A stretch of DNA of 64,000 nt, taken from NCBI GenBank assembly GCA_030167865.1, contig JALAGF010004754.1, positions 62,001 to 126,000 on the forward strand. Reading direction: 5' to 3'. The notes beneath the pieces are model-generated. The model was not told where the DNA came from and searched no databases. It worked only from the letters and a program-made list of their open reading frames with translations. This DNA comes from Craspedostauros australis. Its lineage: Eukaryota. A program made the translations under genes and the position numbers. Shown here in pieces: positions 11,901-22,264 of the stretch (its first letter is position 1; each line of letters begins with the position of its first letter).

Positions 11901-14900
11901 GTCGCTGGCGAACACGTCGTCATCATCCACATCATCCTCCGAAACCGTCGACAACGAGCGTTTGGGTGGCATCGGCATACGCGAAGGTTCGGTTTCTGCC
12001 GTCAGCAGCGCCTGACCTCCGGAGCACACGTCGGCATCGAGCATCGCCGAGTCGGCGCCCTTGCAGAACAGGATCGGGAGACTGCCCAACTCCGGCGGAG
12101 ATCTCAGCAAGATGGACATGCGCTTGCGTTCTGAATCGAACTTGTTAACAGCAAGGATGGACCAGGTCTCGGTTCTCTGGCTGCTTGCATCAACCATATC
12201 TGCTTGGCTGGGTTCGTAGATGGATCCGCGTCTGTCCTGGTTGATCGATTTCGCCGCAAGCAGCTTGGGAGTGAGCCTGCCAGTCTTCAGACTATCCACA
12301 AGTTGTTCGTCCTCCAGGAAGGACGGGTGCGGCGAGCGGATCTTGATGCCCGTAGAATCTCTGGCGATGACTTGGAAGCCGAAGGAGTTGCTGGCGGCGC
12401 TCACGAGCGCACCCTCATCTGGACTTTCGGCCTGGTAGGCAAACCCATGCGGGGCGCCGTCCGGCGCCTTCTCGAGCGATTGGGCCTGGTCTGACAGGTT
12501 GGATTCTGTGCTGATAACTCGATCACGTGGCAAACCGTCAGGCGCTTCGATTTCGATCGCTTGCTCTTCGTGGACTGGGCGGAGATTGCCGAAACCAGAG
12601 TTGTCGGTCATTTCGCTCATGGCACGGTCGCGGTTGCGATTGCCGAAGAGCTTCTTGACGTAACTGCGGGAGGAGGATTGCGAGGTGACAGATTTGGAAG
12701 AATCGATGTTTGTGGACAGATCCAGGTCCTTCTCCACTACGACGGTGTGGCAAAGACTCATGACGCGCAAAAACATCTCAGCATTGAACGTCAGAAGCTT
12801 GCTGGGACCAGCATCGGCCTTGTCCGGTTGACCGGACTTCGATGGGTATTTCGACTTGTCGGGATATGTCCTGTTGCTGTTGCTGTTGCCGCTGCCACCG
12901 CCACGACCGAAGGAGAACAGCCTACCAACGAGCAACTGACGAAGAGGGTGGAAGCTCGACACACGGTCATCGTCATCTTGGTCTTCAGTTTGTGCACCTG
13001 GACGTGATTTCTGCACCGGCGGCCCGAAAACGGACCCATCAACAGAGCAACGCTTGAACCGCATCACATTCTGCGTCAGAGTTCCAGTCTTGTCCGAGAA
13101 GATATACTCGATGCGTCCCAGATCTGTAACGTTGGTGCTGCGTGCGACTGCGCGCGTGTCCGTGACAGTGTCGTAAAGATCGAGGTCGACGTAGATCAAC
13201 CAAAGGAAGAAGAAGTTGATGGCTTCGACTGTGACGTACATACTCAATGGGACGAAGTTACTGAGCAACGTGACGTAGAGAAGGAACATCTGTGCCCAGT
13301 TGGGTGTCTTTTCATCCCAATCTGGTGCATCCAAGTCGGGGAGGTAGGGCCATTTCTCAGATGTGTCCTCGTTCAAACCGACGTACCTGACAGCAGAAGC
13401 GATCGAAGGATGGAGGCAAACAGTTCATCAGAAGGCGACAGATGTAATGCAAGTGGAAGAGAATGAGAAAGAGCGAGAAGCATGCACATGAAAGATGGAG
13501 GAGCATGGGGGGAAGGATGAGTGGACCTGTTCTTGTGATGAAAAGGGTGCGCATTGCATGCACATTGCATGAAACATTGTATCACTGCGCAGGAAACAAG
13601 GAAAGCGGACGACTCACCACAAGAACTCGAATTTCTCATCGTTCGCGATCACCGACTGGGTTGCCAGGTAGCTGATGCAAAGGATCATGATAATGATGAT
13701 GGCAAGTACGGTGTAGTTCATCAAGATGTCGAGTTGACTGAACTTCGATGGTGTTTCGAACGAGTTCTGGACGAGCTTCGTGTCGGTTCCTGTGAAGCAT
13801 GCCAAACCGATGGCCCACTCGGTGTTCCGCAGGACGGCGCCACGGAGCAGGATGTTGTCTGCGCCGAGCGGGATGTCGAAGGACGGGCCGTCACTCTCGA
13901 CTGGGGGCAGAGTGAGCTTTCCGGTGAATGTGTTGACGTGAGGGTTGGGTGGTTCGGTGGTGAGGGTCGCAACGAAGCGCACATCGTCCGTCTCGAATGC
14001 CTTGGAATTGTTGGGCAATTTCATGGATTCTGAGACGAATCCCTTGACAGAGTCCAAGCCCGCGGAGAAGAAGTTGCGCTTGGAGCTGGTACCGAGCGAT
14101 GAGGCGTCTCCGGCGTAGTTTGGATTTTCCAGCGCAGAGATCCCGTGCGGGTGAGCCAAGGTGGAGAACCTCGTCACTCGCTTGGTGGCCTGCTCCAAGG
14201 TTTCGATCTTCTCGGTGTCATCTTCTTCGTCCTCCTCTTCGTAAGTCTCGAGCATGGGCGTCGAACTTCTCAGAAAACGTTGCACTCGTTTCGGCAGCTG
14301 CGGGCTGGTTCTCAGCTTGAGGTTGGTCTCTCCGTCGATGGAGCTGGTTTCGATGTAGGAGCTGCCGTTGTCTCCGCTGCTCGCCAGCAGAATCATGTCG
14401 GCTGGAACCATGTTGCGGTTCTTAACGAGGACAAGATGTCCCTGCCGAATATTCATCCTGCTGATTTTTTGGAACGCCACCTTGACGTTGGAGGAATCGG
14501 ATGTCGGCGCGGGCGTCTCCGGCGTTTGATTGTTGGAGGTTTGATGGTATGCCTTATCCAGCCTGACCACGACATCCTTGCCATCCAGGATTGATTCCTC
14601 GCGTTCGGCCTCCGGATCTTCCTTCAACTCGTCGGCGCGCCTCAGGATGACGCATGGCGCATTGTTGGTGAGCCTGTCGCTGATGTGACGTCTCCGATCC
14701 GCGGAACCTTCAATCAGTAAACTGAACGAAATGACCGCCGCCAGCGGCCCAAGCGTTGTCCATGGTGAAATCGCGGATTCGTACAGATCGGTGTACGTTC
14801 CAATCGCCATGACGCCTCCCACGCACAGAAAGTACAGGTTGGCAAACCGGCGGAATTGCTCCAAAACAGCCTGAAGGATTGCAGGTCATTATGGTATCGG

Positions 14901-15733
14901 AGTGCATGTCGTAGTATGGTATGTCGTAGTATGGTATAGTTTGGCGTAGGATGGTATGATACGGCATGCAGGTGTATTGATAGAGTCGTGTTCGTCGCAA
15001 CATGACAAGAAAGCGCCGGTAACGAGGTGTTGGATGTGAAGGCATTACGAGATGTTGTTGAACACAACATAGTGGTCGTGCGGTTGCGATGGCCGTCGGA
15101 GCAGGTCACATGAGAGGTTCCACGTTGGTGCGTTGGTCCATCGACGCATGGGTTGGTGGGGTTCACGGATCCGCCAAGTTCGGGGCATCACCATTGCGAA
15201 CGACCAACCAAACAAAATTCGTTTCGCCGTTTCGGGATGGCCATGAAGGAACAACCACGAAACAGTCGTGTGAAGGAGACAAGAGATCACGCAAGACCAT
15301 GAAAGATCGGCGCGCAAATGTTGCACGATCAAGAATGCCTGTGAGAACATTGCCATGTGCAAGTCACTGCTGCTGTATCTGTTGCTATTGCTTTCGTATC
15401 AGGGATCAGCATCATCTGGTTGAGACATGATTTCCTGCCTGTGCAAGGGCACATGGCGCAGAGTGCAATAGAGCAGTCTTGTCCGGAACAACGTTCGGCG
15501 CATTCAACAATTTCCAACGCGCTGCTCTTGCTGAGACCGTATCCGAGAGCGGCGGAAGTACCACAGGCGAGCAGGACAATTGAGCCAGGGTGTGCACTTA
15601 CGACTGGGACGAACGTCAGGATGGTGTACCGCGACGTGGTGATGCGGTTGTTGCATCGCTCCAGATCTGGTCGACCGGCCAGCAGGACGCGATCCCGCTG
15701 ATCGTCGATCTCCTTGCTTCCTCCCAACCCCAT
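8940..15733 (-). CDS. P4-type ATPase (phospholipid flippase); exons 15733-15602, 14870-13618, 13386-9831, 9682-9524, 9242-8940
   Basis: EQFRRFANLYF, ETSSIDGETNLK, DKTGTLT (phosphorylation site), YQAESPDE, KGADS, IEDKLQ, LTGDK, CRVSPRQK, AIGDGANDV, FYKN. All four GT-AG introns join in frame. Confidence 0.96.
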
Positions 15734-15941
15734 GGTGTGACGTGATGTGCTTAACGGAATGTGGTGATACAGATGATGATGTTGATGGTGTAACCTAATT
15801 GGGATTATGAGCTTTTCTGCTGTTGCTCTTGTCTTTGTTGATGTTCTTGTTGATGACAGCGGCTGACCCGTTCTCATCGGTCATCCTCTGTGTTGCTTGT
15901 GCTCTCGCGCTTTCTGCGCTCAGTGTGACATCTTCGACCTG

Positions 15942-16379
15942 CAAGACACGGGAAAACCGACGAAACACGATCAGGCTGAGTCGTGAGTCGGTACGACTTC
16001 TCTGCCAATTGTCCTGTTCGGATTGCCTGTTTGACTAAACCGAATACTTGCATGCAGTAGATAACGTTAATTCACGTCTGTAAATTCAAATCAAGACAAA
16101 TCCTGGTTCAAAAACAAAATAGGTGAAAGTACTCCAGACTCGACGAAAGTAATTAGGAATAGGTGAAAGTACTCCAGACTCGACGAAAGTACTCAGGATT
16201 AGGTGAAAGTACTGTTTCGATGAATAACCNAAATNACGGTTATTACCTANTATTTAACGTCCTCAATGGTGTCAACGGAGTTTGACTAATCAGAATAATA
16301 CATTGGTGCACAAATGCCACGTCAGCATTGACATTCTTGGGCGTTTCTTCGATCGTTTCGTCGAAATTCCCGTGTCTTG
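15942..16379. mobile_element. 438-bp MITE-like TIR element inserted in the 3' LTR
   Basis: Perfect 13-bp TIR CAAGACACGGGAA, extending imperfectly to about 30 bp. TSD CTG at 15939-15941 and 16380-16382. The sister LTR shows the empty site (tcgacCTGtttg, about 18651-18662). Confidence 0.88.
16119..16213. repeat. 40-bp tandem repeat, about 2.4 copies, inside the MITE
   Basis: aggtgaaagtact at 16121, 16161 and 16201; ccagactcgacgaaagta occurs in the first two units. Confidence 0.9.
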
Positions 16380-18323
16380 CTGTTTGATTCGATGTCCATT
16401 TTCGCTCACGCTCCAATACGCCCCTTCGAGGCATGTTTGGTGGGAACCTTCCATACATGGCTTGATCCTGGCAAGGTTGCAATGGAGCATGCTTGTCATG
16501 GTTTGCGTAGGGCTCTCAGCGGCACCTGGACTCGTTGTGCCATCTTCATCGTCATCTTCATCATGTGTATATGTATCCGGGGAAATGTGAGGGGGTCTTC
16601 TGAATAGGGACATGCAACACAGCTTTTTTTCAAACACTCGTTCGGTGCGCGTGCAGTCTCGCTTGGTGTGCGTCTGGGCTGAGAGGGCGGTCTTGATTCT
16701 GGTGCCCCTCTTGCTTGTCTTCTTCGTTGCTTTTGCAGTAAGGGCATGATGATGTTCCTTGTTTTTCGTCATCAGTGGTTTGGTCCACCTGAAGAATAGG
16801 TGATGTTGCAACTGCCTGGTCCTCGCATACTTTGCGATGATGAACGGATCGTCGAGTTGTACATCGTCAAGTCGGTACCATGACTTGTCACTGTTTCCCC
16901 ACAACACTTTCAGCTTCATGTGTTCCTGGTCGATGCCACGGAATAGGACCTTGTGCAGGGTTTCGTGGAGCATCCGTAGTCCAAATGTTTGTTGTTTTGG
17001 TTTCCTTGGTCTGGCAGATCGCCTTGGCAGTGTATCTTGTTGGACTCCTATCCATTTCTTCTTCTTTGCTGTATCCGGTGGCTTTGGGATGTGGTTGACA
17101 CTTGGCGTCGCCACAATCATGGCAGCCAGCGGGTCCCCCCCTGAATCCTTGGAGCGTGGCAATGCCCGATCTGGAGGATTTGCGCTTGAGTCACTGGCAG
17201 TTCTGCCAGGGCTTTTGGTAATTGGTTGTCCGGCCCTGTTGCGCACACTGCTCTGCTTGAAGGGTGCAGTAGTGACAGCAGTCGCCCCTTTCTTCCAGAC
17301 CACCCATGTAAGCTTTTCAGCTGTTCGTTGGGATTGACCGGAAGTAGACTTGGTGCCACTGACGGACCTGTCTGCGGAGTCGTATGCCAGTGAACGTGGT
17401 CGAATGGGCGGCGAAGGCGTGTCCCGGTCCTTCTTGCGTTGCTTGTTCTTGATGCGTCGTGTGACTTTCGCGTGCTCGGATGGTTGTGACGTGCTGAATG
17501 CGTCAGCTGGTGCATGCATATCGGGGATGGATGCGCTCGTGCGATGCATGGCCTCTGCCACATCATCAAACCCTGGAGAACTGTGCAGTTCTGGCACCTC
17601 TACTGTCGCAGGCATTGTTGGGGCCATGCGCTCCGGCGGCTTGGCTATTCCCGCTCGTCGGCTGATGGATCGTGCGATGCGTTCTGCCATCATTTCTTCG
17701 TTTACAGTGGTCTTGAGGTCGTCGAACGTCTCGATGGTTCCTTGGACGAACTTGGAGTAGATGGCTGGTTGGATGGCATCCATGCCATACCAATCCATAC
17801 AGTTCTCAGCGTGCCTTGGCTGCTGTTTTGTTACAGCATGGTGAAGTGCTGCTATCTTCTGGTGTGGGTGTTCTGACACGTAGTTGTTGAAGTCTTCAAC
17901 ATCAAGGATGTCTGCCTTGACGCAAAGGATGGATGCTCTGTCTGGAACCTCGGACAGGTTTTTGTGCATCTCAATGTATTCTGCAAATGACATGAGCAGT
18001 TCGAAGTCCGGTAACAGTGGAACGAGCATGACTGGTACTCTGGTCGTCATCACCATGATGGAAGGGTCACGTCCACCAATGTGGCACATGTTCTCGAGGA
18101 CCCTGCTGAGCTCCAAGCCTTTGTCAGCCTGCCTCTTGGTGTAGAATGTCATGCAATCGATGAACACTCTGCTAAAACCCATGCTCTCAGTCAGGAAGGT
18201 AATTGTCGTTGTTGTTTTATCTGGCGGTTCTTTGGGCATCTGGAACCCAGACGCGGTGTTCACCCCAGTGGATCGCGACATCTTTCTCTCTCTCTCTTCT
18301 GTCCGCACTTCTGTTCTCTGCAT
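16290..18323 (-). CDS. 677-codon ORF of the LTR element: gag-like N-terminus plus chromo-like pol remnant; no RT, integrase or protease
   Basis: The ORF lies between the LTRs and runs on into the 3' LTR and MITE. KLKVLWGNSDKSWYRLDDVQLDDPFIIAKYA...FFRW resembles the 'VxWxxGxxSWxPL...P..VAEYA...F.W' segment of diatom copia polyproteins (recalled pattern). Confidence 0.6.
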   Translation of the reverse strand: MQRTEVRTEERERKMSRSTGVNTASGFQMPKEPPDKTTTTITFLTESMGFSRVFIDCMTFYTKRQADKGLELSRVLENMCHIGGRDPSIMVMTTRVPVMLVPLLPDFELLMSFAEYIEMHKNLSEVPDRASILCVKADILDVEDFNNYVSEHPHQKIAALHHAVTKQQPRHAENCMDWYGMDAIQPAIYSKFVQGTIETFDDLKTTVNEEMMAERIARSISRRAGIAKPPERMAPTMPATVEVPELHSSPGFDDVAEAMHRTSASIPDMHAPADAFSTSQPSEHAKVTRRIKNKQRKKDRDTPSPPIRPRSLAYDSADRSVSGTKSTSGQSQRTAEKLTWVVWKKGATAVTTAPFKQSSVRNRAGQPITKSPGRTASDSSANPPDRALPRSKDSGGDPLAAMIVATPSVNHIPKPPDTAKKKKWIGVQQDTLPRRSARPRKPKQQTFGLRMLHETLHKVLFRGIDQEHMKLKVLWGNSDKSWYRLDDVQLDDPFIIAKYARTRQLQHHLFFRWTKPLMTKNKEHHHALTAKATKKTSKRGTRIKTALSAQTHTKRDCTRTERVFEKKLCCMSLFRRPPHISPDTYTHDEDDDEDGTTSPGAAESPTQTMTSMLHCNLARIKPCMEGSHQTCLEGAYWSVSENGHRIKQQDTGISTKRSKKRPRMSMLTWHLCTNVLF

Positions 18324-20260
18324 ACGTGAAATCCCCCCTCAACTCGTGGTTGCCTTCCGGATTAGAATGCGCCCGTGCCTGTGCCTTCTCTCTCAAATCT
18401 CTGCGGCGGCGGCGTCGGCGGTCTCGTCAGTGTGGCACAACGAAGTGAGCTCTCAAGGTCGTATAAACTAACGGAATGTGGTGATACAGATGATGATGTT
18501 GATGGTGTAACCTAATTGGGATTATGAGCTTTTCTGCTGTTGCTCTTGTCTTTGTTGATGTTCTTGTTGATGACAGCGGCTGACCCGTTCTCATCAGTCA
18601 TCCTCTGTGTTGCTTGTGCTCTCACACTTTCTGTGCTCAGCGTGACATCTTCGACCTGTTTGATTCGATGTCCATTTTCGCTCACGCTCCAATAGTGCTG
18701 ATGCGATCGTGCACTGCTCAAGAGCGTTCCTCTATTGAACGGAATGGATACAAATGGACGAAGGAGACTCCTTTGATCTTTGCACTTTGGCAGTAGCCAC
18801 TCTCACAGTCCTCTCGTTGTTTGTAATTTCGTTGTCAGCATTATCAACAAAGCCGTCGTCGTCGCCGCTGCGCTTCTTTGTGTGTTTCTTGTTGTTGTGC
18901 TTTGTTTTGCTTTGCTTTGCTTTCTTGCTGTGGCCTCTCTTGCTCCTCACAGCGTCGTCGGCTCCAGTACTCTCTGGAGGATGGTCAAGCGGAAGCGCTC
19001 CGACACCACCGAAAGTGAAGACGGCCTCTTGCGGGGGAGCACCCTTCGACGAAACCAGCGTGAGAACTCGATAAGTCAACAGGAACCGCGATCGTTTCGC
19101 TTCCAAGAACAGGATCGTAAACTTTTGTTCCAAATCGCAGTTTTGTGTCAGCGACCAGAGTCTATGCGGTTCTTCTGGAGCGTCCCCTGAGAGCACACAG
19201 ACACGCAGCGTATTACCATGCACTTCCGGATGACCTCTGTGCGTGATTGTGGAGTGGTGGATCGTCGTTTTGCTATGCTATTGTTACCTCTCCGTGCTCT
19301 GTGTTGTGTTTTGTGTTGTTTTCGCATCAACCAAGATGTCACGATTCAATCTCTCTCTCTGATCTCTTGTGTTCCCCTCCACTCACAAAACCGTGTTGTT
19401 CAGTTTGGGTTCGTGCAGTTTTTGATTGAAACCGGTCGAACAGTGAACTTCGTCCACTCAGCTGCTCGCGCGGAGATGGTGGACATGCAGGATGTCTGCG
19501 CAGCAACACACGTGTTCGGAAAGTGACCCTCTCTCGTGCCACCAACTCGCACACATCAACGGCAACAACGCCTCCTCCTCCCACACAACGCTCGTACAAA
19601 ACAGCAAACGACGAGGGCAACGACAAAGAGAAGGTCACAGCAGGCGCGCACAATCACACCATGGCGCAGCTCTCCCACCAAAAACGAAATCACGATACAG
19701 AGTCACCGCCTGGCAGGCTCGTACTGGTACTCGCAACCAGTCACAGCAAAGATCTTTCGGAACGTGCAATTGTACAAGGAAATGTGGTACAACTCATGAA
19801 TGACTCTTGTTCCATCAAGTCGTTGGGTTGCAGCACACTCGACAATTTGTGAAAGAACTGGAGCGACGAACATCGAAGAACCTCGCATCAAACCATGCGA
19901 ATCGCCATCCTGTCCGTCTGTGCGCCAACTTTCGACTTCTCTGCAGTTCCTCTCTCTTGCACAAGTCCCAATCCACGACAAACCTGTCTCCGAAGTGCCC
20001 AAACGAGTGTGAAAGTGGCACGAACTCACAATCAGAGACAAGCTGCTCGTCGCTGCTGCAACTTCATCGCACAGATTGGTATTAGCATAGTACATGTCCT
20101 CGTACATTGTGAGTGTATGGCATGCAGGTAGTTCACACAGCAGACCAGTAGCCATCCACTCCTCCCTTCACATTTGATGGCAACTGTTCGTTCATCTGCT
20201 GGCTCCGACGATCGGCAAGTATCACAACAATAAGGTGGATCTGGTGTGGCACATTTCTCT

Positions 20261-20360
20261 CATGCCACTTGCACAAGCCGCTTGTACATGCCGCTTGTAC
20301 ATGCTGCTCGCACATACCGCTTGCACATACCGCTCGCACAAGCCACTCGTACATACCACT
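20261..20360. repeat. 13-bp minisatellite, about 7-8 degenerate copies
   Basis: Units such as ccgcttgtacatg, ccgcttgcacata and ccactcgtacata. Confidence 0.8.
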
Positions 20361-21625
20361 GCCATTGCCATCGCAACCTGTGCCGTTGCTCCATTTCACT
20401 GGCAACACTTGGATCAGCAGGATGCGGAGATTGTGAGCATGGTGTCGCCATTCCTACAGTTTTGACCAAGGTTGTTGCCACTCTTTGGATCGACGTGGTG
20501 GTGAATGGAAGGTGAATGGAAGCGTCAAATGCATACCCTATCGAGTTGTGGGCCTCGTGTGATGATTGGGCTTGAATGGATTGGAGTTTGATGGAATCAT
20601 TGACTGGTCGATGGATCAACGGATGGATGTGTTGAAGTGAGGTGAAAAGAATTGCATTGTACTATTTAGATTTCTTTCTTGCTTTTGCTTCGAGTGGGGA
20701 GGTTGGTGTGCCTGAGTGATTTGAGCTGAGATGGATTATGTTGGGTTGAATTGAATTGCATTGCATTGCATTGCATTGCATCTTGCTGCGTGGCTTGTAC
20801 GTTGGACGAGAACGTTGGTTCGATTCCGCTGCCGATGTTGATGATATGTTTTGGATTTGCAGTAGTAGATGTGGTAGTAGATATTGCTGCGCTGCTGCTG
20901 TGTGGTTGTCGTTGTAGAATTGATGTGATCTGGGTGGAAATTGGTCACATCTGCTTGTGCTGTGTGTATGGTATGACATGGTACGTGTGTTGGAGTCATT
21001 GCTCCCTGTTGATGGTGCACAAAATGGGTGTGCTTGTGTGTTCCTGTTGATTGTAGGCGTCTTGAACTGACCATGGTATAATATGTGCTCGTCGTTTGTG
21101 ATGTTGTTCTGCACTGAGAGCATTGTTTGTGGTGGGGTTTTGGATACAGTTGTGAACGCCATTTGGTTGAATGCGCCCTCCTCCCAATCCAACCTGCTGC
21201 GACCATCGGCGTTGAGACGTGTATGATACTCTGCGAGTGCTTCTGCCCGAGTTCATTGTGAAAGTTGAGTGTGATTGTTGGTGGTGCTGCAAGGGACGGT
21301 CGGAGACAGTGACGGATGCGCACGGAATATGACTGTGCCAATCTGAAAGCATGGCTGAATTTTCACTTTGCCTCACTCAAGTTTACTCGGACGAGCAAGG
21401 GATGAGCGTGTGGGTATCAGTTGAGGATGTGATTGTTCAATGTGCTTGTATGCACTCGGACCATCCAGTACTTGGATTAGTCATGGATAAAAGCAACAGA
21501 CAGACTGCCAATAGAACTTTATGATGTTTCAAATTGAGTCCCATGTGTCCCTGTTCTCTCTCCAAGCAATATTTTGAATAATATTGGACATTATATTCAC
21601 GTTGCGCATGTCGGTCTGATTCCAT

Positions 21626-22101
21626 GTTAGAAAGCACGGCTGGCATGTTTCAGACTGATTCAGAATGGATTCAGACTTTCAGAACCAATTCAGAACTTCA
21701 GAACTTCTGACTTTTTCCGTTCTGATTCTGAATTGAGAGTGGTTCTTCCAGTGGTTGTCATGGGGGCTTTGCTGCAGACATGCAATAGTTACCTTCTGTG
21801 TCGTGGCTTCTCCATGTGTATCATTTCCAATCATGTTGTTTGCCCATGCAGAAACATAAATGCTCTTCTGTGCACCAACACAGACACAAAGAGAGGAGCA
21901 GCCAAACACCAGCTGCGACATCAACAACATGAAGAACTTGACTTGCATCAGCAAGAGCATTCAAACTTTCAGAATGGATTCAGAACGGATTCAGAACTTC
22001 AGAAGTTCTGATTCTGAATTCAGAATGAGTTGTCTGATCCAGAACAGTGACAGGAAGGCACTGAAGTGTTCCATGTTGAGTGGCCTGCCCTGCTCTCTAA
22101 C
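21626..22101. mobile_element. Degenerate MITE-like element with subterminal TTCAGAA arrays
   Basis: gttagaaagcacggctggc (21626-21644) matches the reverse complement of 22083-22101 at 16/19 positions. TTCAGAA/TTCTGA clusters at about 21648-21735 and 21960-22028. No TSD seen. Confidence 0.45.
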
Positions 22102-22264
22102 TGTTATATTCAATATCCAAATGTGTCTTCACAATTGAAACGTGAACCCACAAAACTGATGGTGAATTAGTCGAATTAGTCGAATACAAACCGTCTTGTT
22201 TATCCACGATTAATCCAAGTACCGGACGGTCCCGGCATCTGACCCCCAGCAACGAGCGCAACAC

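Larger units (their letters stand above)
15752..18694 (-). mobile_element. Non-autonomous LTR retroelement (copia/CoDi-like derivative) with 226-bp LTRs
   Basis: LTRs are 18469-18694 and 15752-15941 plus 16383-16418 (interrupted), with 5 mismatches. TSD GTGCT at 15747-15751 and 18695-18699. Purine tract GAAGGGGCG directly precedes the 3' LTR start TATTGG on the minus strand. Confidence 0.88.

Noticed and set aside
16119-16213. CRISPR-like array
   Set aside because: The units are contiguous tandem repeats without unique spacers, there are no cas genes, and the context is eukaryotic.
18469-18694. Processed (spliced) copy of the flippase 5'UTR
   Set aside because: A GC-AG splice product would be 1 nt shorter than this copy. 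The junction instead fits an empty 3-bp TSD site, and the outer 5-bp TSD identifies the repeats as LTRs.
21648-22028. Heat-shock elements
   Set aside because: The spacing is TTCnGAA, not the canonical TTCnnGAA.
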